64,000 nucleotides of DNA, from positions 1 to 64,000 of IMG/VR virus record IMGVR_UViG_3300031813_000005. One strand, given 5' to 3'. Positions 57,460-64,000 of the stretch are shown one piece after another. The notes under the pieces are model-generated. The model was not told the origin of the DNA, did not search any database, and worked only from the letters and a program-made list of their open reading frames with translations. The DNA comes from a virus. Its lineage: Duplodnaviria; Caudoviricetes. Numbering within the stretch: position 1 is the stretch's first letter; the number at the start of each line of letters is the position of its first letter. The translations under genes and the position numbers were made by a program.

Positions 57460-58042
57460 ACCGATATACAATTCGGAGGCTTTTATGCTCGAAAGACGAA
57501 GTACATATGGCGTAGTTGACGCTATTGTTGGCATGAGCGCTGTTAAGCGTTTCCATGGCCGAAACACTATTAAACAACAAACATTAGCTGACCATAGTGG
57601 TCGAGTTGCTCAAATTGCGTTCTTTTTAGCCCTTGAGTTTTATGAGGGAGACTATTCAAAAGTTAACTATGTAGCTACTCTTGGTTTGTTCCATGATTTA
57701 CCAGAAAGTTTACTTGAATGTGATATTCCAACACCTGTAAAGCTCCAAAAAGGAATTGGGCCAAAACTTAAACAAATAGAAACAGAAGCTGTTAAAAGGA
57801 TATTTCCAGACAGCCCATATCTCCAAAACTTAGCTATGGAAGTAGCATCAGAAGACGATTTTAGTTTAATGAAGCTGGCAGACCTACTCGATTTAGGTTT
57901 ATATATTTGGGAAGAAAAACAACTTGGAAACAAATCTTTAGATCCACTGTTGGAAATGTTTTTTCATTTATTTGATAGTTATCCAACTGTTTATAGGGAT
58001 TTAGCGTTTGCTCAAGCGTGTAGAGTAAAGATAGCGAGTTAA
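57446..58042 (+). CDS. HD-domain nucleotide phosphohydrolase (YfbR/DatZ-like)
   Basis: KRF...QTLADHS, FHDLPE...DIPTPVK and KLAD motifs; start uncertain (57446 or 57485). Confidence 0.85.
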   Translation: MNRVKPIYNSEAFMLERRSTYGVVDAIVGMSAVKRFHGRNTIKQQTLADHSGRVAQIAFFLALEFYEGDYSKVNYVATLGLFHDLPESLLECDIPTPVKLQKGIGPKLKQIETEAVKRIFPDSPYLQNLAMEVASEDDFSLMKLADLLDLGLYIWEEKQLGNKSLDPLLEMFFHLFDSYPTVYRDLAFAQACRVKIAS

Positions 58043-58044
58043 TA

Positions 58045-58908
58045 ATGGACGAGCAGACCTTTCAATGCCCAAAATGTAGGCATCATAATCATAAATTATA
58101 TGTGAATACCGATAAGGGCTTATTCAACTGCTTTCATTGCGGTTTTGCCGGGGATATAAATAAGCTAAGAAAATATCCAGAGGTTTGGTCAAAGATAGAA
58201 GACAAAGCTTCCTTATCAGTGTTTGCTAAATTATTATTTCCAGCGGCTAAAGAACATAAGTTCAATTCGGAACTTTTAAAACCTCTAAAGCCTTTTAGAG
58301 AAATAGACCCAGAAGATAATGAATATAAATACCTTTTATCCAGAGGCTGGGATGAAGACATTATAGATTGTTATGATATTTTAGTATCAGATAATGAACA
58401 TTATTTAGATAGAGTTATTATTACAATTCAAGACAATAAAGGTAATACTGTATTTTATACTGGTAGAGCTATTGATAAACATATTACACCAAAATATCTA
58501 AACTCGGTAGCCCCAAAAGATTTTGTATTTCAATCTATTACTCCTGTCGATTCCTTTTACACAGAAGACGCTTATATTGGTGAGGGTATTTTTGATGTAT
58601 TTAAATTGCCTGGAGGTATAGCATTACTTGGTAAAACTTTATCAAAAGACCAGCATTCAGCGTTGTTTAGTGGAATAAAACAAAAGAAAAATATCTATCT
58701 TTGTTTAGACCCAGGTACGGAAAAGGAATCTAAAACATTAGCAAGAGAGCTTGATAGTTGGTTTCCTAATAAAAATATATACATTTTGAACTGGAAAGAC
58801 GAAAAGGTAAAAGACCTTGGCGACCTCTCAAAAGAAATGTCAAGAACAAACTTAATGAAACACATTCAGAAAAACTCAAAGAAGTTTAGTACCAGAATGT
58901 TTGTATAA
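58045..58908 (+). CDS. DNA primase (Zn finger plus TOPRIM; gp61-like)
   Basis: CPKC...CFHC, YLLSRG, YTGRAI...KYLN, EGIFD, LCLD and KDLGD motifs. Confidence 0.9.
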   Translation: MDEQTFQCPKCRHHNHKLYVNTDKGLFNCFHCGFAGDINKLRKYPEVWSKIEDKASLSVFAKLLFPAAKEHKFNSELLKPLKPFREIDPEDNEYKYLLSRGWDEDIIDCYDILVSDNEHYLDRVIITIQDNKGNTVFYTGRAIDKHITPKYLNSVAPKDFVFQSITPVDSFYTEDAYIGEGIFDVFKLPGGIALLGKTLSKDQHSALFSGIKQKKNIYLCLDPGTEKESKTLARELDSWFPNKNIYILNWKDEKVKDLGDLSKEMSRTNLMKHIQKNSKKFSTRMFV

Positions 58909-58914
58909 TTAAGT
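58907..58914 (+). promoter_or_regulatory. Late-promoter motif AATTAAGT directly before ATG (leaderless candidate)
   Basis: TAATTAAGTTTATG, identical to the minus-strand context at 52970-52983. Confidence 0.6.
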
Positions 58915-58916
58915 TT

Positions 58917-60122
58917 ATGGCCGTTATTATAGATGAAAACTTCGACTCCGTCTTATTAGACACAACCAACAAAGCTGTAATCAGTGAAAACTTCACATAT
59001 TTGATTAAGCAATTAATGGATTATGTAGATCCGGCTGTTTCAAACGAACACGAAAAATTAAGCCACGTAATAGGCGGAAAAAGAAGAGCAATGAGAGGAG
59101 AAAGGTCCTCTAAATTAGGCTATTCTTATAGGATAGCTGCTGGCAAACTTATAACAAAAAGCGGTAAAAGTAAAGTTATAAATGCTTTTGGTACTAACAT
59201 TTTAGTAGACGAATGGACAGTTTCACACCCACATGTAGTTGATTCGAATATGGGCGAAGAATACCCAACTGTCGATAGTAATGGTGAACCAAGAGGACCA
59301 TATACTTGCTTAATGACAGCAAGAATATCTCTTACAAAGAAAACTCCAACCAGATGTTATGTAAGTTGTAATTGTAAAGATTTTGATACAAAGTTTTATG
59401 AACGCTTACAACAAGGCGGTTATACAAAAGAAAAAAGTTTACCCAAAGCCACACAACCAGAACGACTTGCTCCAGCATTGTGTAAGCATTTATATGCTAT
59501 ATATATTCAACATTATAGAGATTTAGTTAAAGAAACTGAAAACTTTGTTGTCGATTCAAGCCCCGTCCTTTTTGGTGGAACAGACACAAATACAGGACCG
59601 CAAAATCCAATCCCAACTACAATTACATCACCTACTACAGTAAATAAAGTAGCTACTAATAAACAAGAAGCTATTGATATAATTACAGCCTACTTAAAAA
59701 CAGAATATAATAGGATTAAAGATAATCCAGACGCGTATTTTGATACAAGAACAGCTGCTAATGGTGGACAAACGTATCATAGATACCCATTTTCTGTTAT
59801 TTTACAAAACGGTAATCTAAAAGCTATTGCCTATAGAAATAAAAATATGCCTTTGACTAAAGCTAATAATAGTCCTATACAAATTTTAAATATCCCAAAT
59901 AACCCAAAAATCTGGAGATTTATGAAGTTTGGAACTGACCATATAAAATTATGGAATATCATAAAGAGTTTAGGAGAGATGCCAGCAAACGTAAAAGCTA
60001 AACTAAAAGCATCTGGAAAAAAAGAACCTGTATTTGATAATGTGGAAATTATAACAGATTTAAGCTATTTAGCAGAAAACGATAAAAGCTCAATACTATC
60101 TTCTATATCAGAACTAAATTAG
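58917..60122 (+). CDS. SWIM Zn-finger protein
   Basis: VSCNCKDF...LCKHL (CxC...CxH). Confidence 0.75.
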   Translation: MAVIIDENFDSVLLDTTNKAVISENFTYLIKQLMDYVDPAVSNEHEKLSHVIGGKRRAMRGERSSKLGYSYRIAAGKLITKSGKSKVINAFGTNILVDEWTVSHPHVVDSNMGEEYPTVDSNGEPRGPYTCLMTARISLTKKTPTRCYVSCNCKDFDTKFYERLQQGGYTKEKSLPKATQPERLAPALCKHLYAIYIQHYRDLVKETENFVVDSSPVLFGGTDTNTGPQNPIPTTITSPTTVNKVATNKQEAIDIITAYLKTEYNRIKDNPDAYFDTRTAANGGQTYHRYPFSVILQNGNLKAIAYRNKNMPLTKANNSPIQILNIPNNPKIWRFMKFGTDHIKLWNIIKSLGEMPANVKAKLKASGKKEPVFDNVEIITDLSYLAENDKSSILSSISELN

Positions 60123-60131
60123 TAGGCGTAT

Positions 60132-60512
60132 ATGACGGCAACTCCAAATTCCTTTTTAAAAATTATACCGATTACTGTATCAAGCGGAGAAGCTTCTGTT
60201 GGTATAGTAAATAGAACATATTCAGATAGAATTGAAAACTCTTCTACTGTTGAAGTTTATTATAATGGACAACTTATTCCGGGCGGTTTACATCCAGTCA
60301 CGCCAACATCAAAGTTTTATTATGACTTAACTATTACTCTTGGAACCATAAACGGAACAACTGGAGCCGATTCCGGCTCTTCTGCCGTATTTGTTTTAAG
60401 AACAAATCCATCCTACGAAGGGCCTGGATATACAAGCGGTACTTCTACAAGCACTTTATCAGTATTTGATAGTTTTAACATTTCCTACTATTATGTAGTT
60501 TATACGGTGTAG
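60132..60512 (+). CDS. Hypothetical Ser/Thr-rich beta protein (possibly structural)
   Basis: VEVYYNGQL...DSFNISY resembles the C-terminal modules of 19537..23226. Confidence 0.6.
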   Translation: MTATPNSFLKIIPITVSSGEASVGIVNRTYSDRIENSSTVEVYYNGQLIPGGLHPVTPTSKFYYDLTITLGTINGTTGADSGSSAVFVLRTNPSYEGPGYTSGTSTSTLSVFDSFNISYYYVVYTV

Positions 60513-60513
60513 C

Positions 60514-61056
60514 ATGTTAAAAAAAACACATACCCAACAACAATTTCTTAATGATGTTAAAACCAGAATTAACATGTATTTATATAGAAGTTTAGAGGTT
60601 TCTTTTGACCCTCTTACGCTATTTCTACAAGATACCTCATTAATCGGACCAATGAATTGGCAAATTCCTGCTAATAAAGAACGATTACAAAATGTCTTTA
60701 CAAATTTGTCATTAGCTGTTAGTAATTATTCAATGACAGACGGAGATTTTAGAACATATTTATTATTGAAAATGGTAAATATAGTATATAATGAATTTTC
60801 AGAAGAGTTATTTAGAGCCTTTGTTTCAAGCGCATATGGAGTTGACGCTGATACGGTGGTAGGAAATTTAGATGAAGCCTATTCTATACAACCGTCACAA
60901 AACACGCAATTTCCAGGATTAAGCACTAATACAAATCCTATGGCACCATTACCACAAAAGCTTGTTCCAAATATTCTATATGCGTCTGCGTCATTAGATA
61001 AACCTAACTTCTTTGAGCAAGCTAAAATTGATATCGAAGACATCAAACCATTCTAA
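60514..61056 (+). CDS. Hypothetical protein
   Basis: 180-aa ORF tightly packed in the operon. Confidence 0.7.
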   Translation: MLKKTHTQQQFLNDVKTRINMYLYRSLEVSFDPLTLFLQDTSLIGPMNWQIPANKERLQNVFTNLSLAVSNYSMTDGDFRTYLLLKMVNIVYNEFSEELFRAFVSSAYGVDADTVVGNLDEAYSIQPSQNTQFPGLSTNTNPMAPLPQKLVPNILYASASLDKPNFFEQAKIDIEDIKPF

Positions 61057-61309
61057 TCAGTTAACAATAAAAGAGTTTTCTGATATTTTAGAAAAACACC
61101 ACAATGTGTTTTCTATTGACGATATAATATATGATAATATATTATATTGTGGAAATGATAACTTATATTTTTCGTATTGCTTTAATTACGTAACTGGAAA
61201 AGCAACGTCTGAAGCTCTTTTTATAGTTGAAACTATTACAAAACTCTCTGATTTGTCTTATTGTATTAAGACTTCTACATCAGAGAGTTTTGTTTTTTTA
61301 AAGGAATAA
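61013..61309 (+). CDS. Hypothetical protein (start uncertain)
   Basis: Fills the gap between neighbours; TTG start overlaps the upstream gene. Confidence 0.45.
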   Translation: MSKLKLISKTSNHSNQLTIKEFSDILEKHHNVFSIDDIIYDNILYCGNDNLYFSYCFNYVTGKATSEALFIVETITKLSDLSYCIKTSTSESFVFLKE

Positions 61310-61312
61310 TTA

Positions 61313-61687
61313 ATGAGTAAAAGGTCAAAACGAATGTTTAACAACATGTATGAAAATGATGTTTTAGACTTGGATACTATTGAGGACTTGGAAGAGATAT
61401 TACCGATTAAAGAAAATAAAGCAATAAGAAAGAGAAAAGAAAAGGTTATAAATCAAGGAAAGTCGTCGTCAGAAATAAAACCTCTAACAAAACCAGTAAA
61501 CGCAACATGTAATAAATGTAATTCTGGTATTGTTGGTGATTTAGTTGGAGATATCTATATGCCATTAGCAGATAAAATAATGCCATTAATTACTTATACT
61601 TGCTCGTCTTGTGGACATATAGGAAGAAGAAGTGTGCTTTCTTTGGCCCTACCTTTAGACCAATATGAAAAAAAGTTCTTCAATTAA
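61313..61687 (+). CDS. Zn-ribbon protein
   Basis: CNKC...CSSCG; AAGGA RBS. Confidence 0.7.
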   Translation: MSKRSKRMFNNMYENDVLDLDTIEDLEEILPIKENKAIRKRKEKVINQGKSSSEIKPLTKPVNATCNKCNSGIVGDLVGDIYMPLADKIMPLITYTCSSCGHIGRRSVLSLALPLDQYEKKFFN

Positions 61688-61691
61688 CTTT

Positions 61692-62144
61692 ATGAAAAAC
61701 AAAATCCCAACTACAGGCGATGTATATAAATTACACAATAACAGGCTTTGCGTAGTTGGCAATTCCGTTACACTCGATTCTTTAGTCTTATATAATATAT
61801 TACCAGTAAGTACGGCAATATATATGGCAAGCGATAAAGATTTCCTTATAATAGAAGATGAGATTTTTCAAAAAGAAACGGTAATGGTAGAAACTTGGAA
61901 TAGTTTGGCCGTACCAATAGAATTTTTTAATTCTGTTAAACTTAAAGGCAGATTAGGAGATAAGTATATACGCTATCTATCTTCATATATATACTTTTCT
62001 TTACAGAACAGAAGAAACGATAATCTAATTGTACTTACAGGTCCGCCGCTTTCTTCAAGTTCTGATATAAGATGGTTATTTAGACAAATGGAAGTAAAAG
62101 AGTTTCACGAACTTCGAAAAACATTAATAAGCATTTCTGGGTAA
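61692..62144 (+). CDS. Hypothetical protein (possible PemK/MazF-like barrel)
   Basis: Start at ATG 61692 after AATTAA-CTTT; PxxGDVY...RLCVV...LPVS...ETWN...KGRL. Confidence 0.6.
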   Translation: MKNKIPTTGDVYKLHNNRLCVVGNSVTLDSLVLYNILPVSTAIYMASDKDFLIIEDEIFQKETVMVETWNSLAVPIEFFNSVKLKGRLGDKYIRYLSSYIYFSLQNRRNDNLIVLTGPPLSSSSDIRWLFRQMEVKEFHELRKTLISISG

Positions 62145-62147
62145 TTT

Positions 62148-62486
62148 ATGTCCGTAACATTTACTAAAAAACATTATACTTGTTCTATGTGTCAAAATAC
62201 TGATTATGAGCTTTTTGCTATCGCAAAGACTTCTGATATTTCTTCTGGCTATCCATTAAGTTCTATACCACAAAACATTAAAGATGGTGGTATATACGTA
62301 GAAATCCTTGTTAGAGACGATTATGGTATAGTTATTACAAGGAAAGTAGAAGAAAAATTATGTTCAGCTTGCGGACAAGCAACCCTTATAGCACATAAAA
62401 AAGATAACGAAACACCAGTTCTCAACTTTTATCCTCAAACAGAAGCGCATAAATGGTTAGACGGTCTCGGAAAAGCTGGTCTATAA
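62148..62486 (+). CDS. Zn-ribbon protein
   Basis: CSMC...CSACG. Confidence 0.7.
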   Translation: MSVTFTKKHYTCSMCQNTDYELFAIAKTSDISSGYPLSSIPQNIKDGGIYVEILVRDDYGIVITRKVEEKLCSACGQATLIAHKKDNETPVLNFYPQTEAHKWLDGLGKAGL

Positions 62487-62490
62487 TACT

Positions 62491-62498
62491 AATTAAGT
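62491..62498 (+). promoter_or_regulatory. Late-promoter motif AATTAAGT
   Basis: Intergenic, upstream of ORF 62530. Confidence 0.6.
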
Positions 62499-62529
62499 TT
62501 AGTATAAATATGTAAATTGAGGATTTAAA

Positions 62530-64000
62530 ATGTCAAATCGCTTAAAGTTGTTTAGTAATATGTCTGGCATGCAGAAAAGAGTTTCTGATATTCAAGAAGC
62601 TAAAAAGTCTGCTGGAACACAGGGATATGAAATGTATAGAAGTTCTCATATTAAAACCTATGAAGACCTTCAAACAGAGTATAACAACAAGAAAAAAGCT
62701 ATACAAGATAAAATTAGCGAATATGAGACTAATACAAAAATTCCAGACGCTGTAAGAAAAAATAAAATAAAGAAATTAGAATCTGAATTAGAAGCTCTTG
62801 TTTTCGAATATGAGGGCGGAACCGAAAAAAGTGGTTATTTTCAAGGTAAATTAGAAAAAGCTAAACGAAAAGCCTCTGGAGCGGAGAAACATACTCGCGG
62901 TAGAAAAGCCCAAGAAACTACAGAAATAATAAAAAATCTAAATAAGAGTACTAATCCTCTTGTTGTTCCAGTAAAAACTTCAGATGCTGGTCCTGGCCAA
63001 CTTACCTTTACAGATATGCTTTCTATCGCAAGTAGAGATATTGATATAAGTGATGAAGGAAGTAAAGACCTGATTGCTTATAGAGACTCTGTAGATGGTA
63101 TTAATAAACTAATAAACAACTGTTTAAAGATATTTTTACGAAAAACAAATAGAAGCAATCCAATTTTTTCAGATAAAACAGTCGAAAAACTTTTCGGCAT
63201 TATTAGACCAGATGATATAACAGTTGGCAGAATTGAAACAAATCCTGACCTTATAAAGCTTGTTTGGTTATATTTAAACAGCGAAGATACCTTTAATTTA
63301 GCTAAACAAAGAGAGCCATTCATAGCAGCATTAACAAAGCAAGAGACCAAGAATAAAAAAAGTATTACCAATCCTATAGAAACAGCCACTTCTGTAGAAG
63401 ATTTAATATCTTCAGATGCTGTTAGAACTGTTTTTTCTTACTTAAAACAATTCATAGAAAAAGATAGAAATGCTCCAGCTAATGCTAAAGAATACTTAAA
63501 ACAAAGAGTAGAAACAATTATAAATACTCCAGATGCGATATATAATGGGTTTTCTACATCTACATCGGAAAATATAGCTGACACTATTTATTACAATTTT
63601 ATATCAGCTTTCGGTTCTCCAGAAGACCAAGTTTTATTATTAAAGCGCAGCGGAGTTGTGGGAGAAAACGGATTAAAGGGCTTACAAACTTCTAAATTCT
63701 TATCCAAAGAAGCTCTTGATGCCTTAAATCTAAAAATAAAACAACTAACAAACGAAAAAGAAGAGTTTAAACCACTACCCTCTGCCGGAAGACAAGTAGA
63801 GTGGGGAATTGGTGCCAGAAACGTAAATAAAACCTATGAAAAGTATCGTGGTGGAAAGATGCTTTCTGCTTTAGGGGGTAAATTTTTACGTCCTGTCAAT
63901 TTAACAGATTTAGAAAAAGAAGAAGTTGATGCTATTGTTGGTCAAGTTTTTGAAGATATCTCTTCTTCAATACAAGAAAAGAAACCAGAATTAGAACAAA
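62530..64000 (+). CDS. Large hypothetical protein, partial (possible internal head protein)
   Basis: Not in the track because it has no stop. MSNRLKLFSNMSGMQKRVSDIQEAKK... stays open to the window end; GAGG RBS; late motif at 62491-62498; IQE^A site. Confidence 0.75.
   Translation, partial: MSNRLKLFSNMSGMQKRVSDIQEAKKSAGTQGYEMYRSSHIKTYEDLQTEYNNKKKAIQDKISEYETNTKIPDAVRKNKIKKLESELEALVFEYEGGTEKSGYFQGKLEKAKRKASGAEKHTRGRKAQETTEIIKNLNKSTNPLVVPVKTSDAGPGQLTFTDMLSIASRDIDISDEGSKDLIAYRDSVDGINKLINNCLKIFLRKTNRSNPIFSDKTVEKLFGIIRPDDITVGRIETNPDLIKLVWLYLNSEDTFNLAKQREPFIAALTKQETKNKKSITNPIETATSVEDLISSDAVRTVFSYLKQFIEKDRNAPANAKEYLKQRVETIINTPDAIYNGFSTSTSENIADTIYYNFISAFGSPEDQVLLLKRSGVVGENGLKGLQTSKFLSKEALDALNLKIKQLTNEKEEFKPLPSAGRQVEWGIGARNVNKTYEKYRGGKMLSALGGKFLRPVNLTDLEKEEVDAIVGQVFEDISSSIQEKKPELEQ

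Noticed and set aside
63078-63389. Minus-strand 103-aa ORF with a hydrophobic N-terminus
   Set aside because: Nested antisense to the long open plus-strand frame starting at 62530, which has an RBS and promoter motif.
1-64000. CRISPR array, tRNA genes, diversity-generating retroelement
   Set aside because: No repeat-spacer array, no cloverleaf in the short intergenic gaps, no reverse transcriptase or adenine-variable repeat pair seen. The repeats found are coding.

Overview
This AT-rich window comes from a large T4-superfamily myovirus (jumbo-phage-like). About 1-51.1 kb is a minus-strand virion morphogenesis block. In transcription order it holds terminase, portal, prohead core, protease, scaffold, major capsid, tail tube, sheath, tube initiator, hub, tape measure, baseplate, neck and tail-terminator proteins, and fibres including a collagen-like fibre. 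It is interrupted by a hemerythrin, an FmdB-type Zn ribbon and a Zn-repeat PD-(D/E)xK endonuclease. A gp55-like sigma factor, RecA/UvsX and a gp32-like SSB follow on the minus strand. After a strand switch at ~55.2 kb comes a plus-strand block: 5'-3' exonuclease, HD hydrolase, primase, SWIM protein and hypotheticals. The most notable observations are: (1) a textbook sigma54 (-24/-12) promoter in front of the replication operon; (2) a non-T4 late promoter motif AATTAA(G/C/A/T)T in front of about 20 genes, with several apparently leaderless genes; (3) a 60-aa mini-protein that copies the processed N-arm of the major capsid protein; (4) a probable +1/-2 programmed frameshift in the gp26-like gene; (5) an intact hemerythrin; (6) a terminator whose loop displays the anti-Shine-Dalgarno sequence. 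No tRNA, rRNA or CRISPR array was seen. All calls come from reading motifs by eye; no database searches were run.
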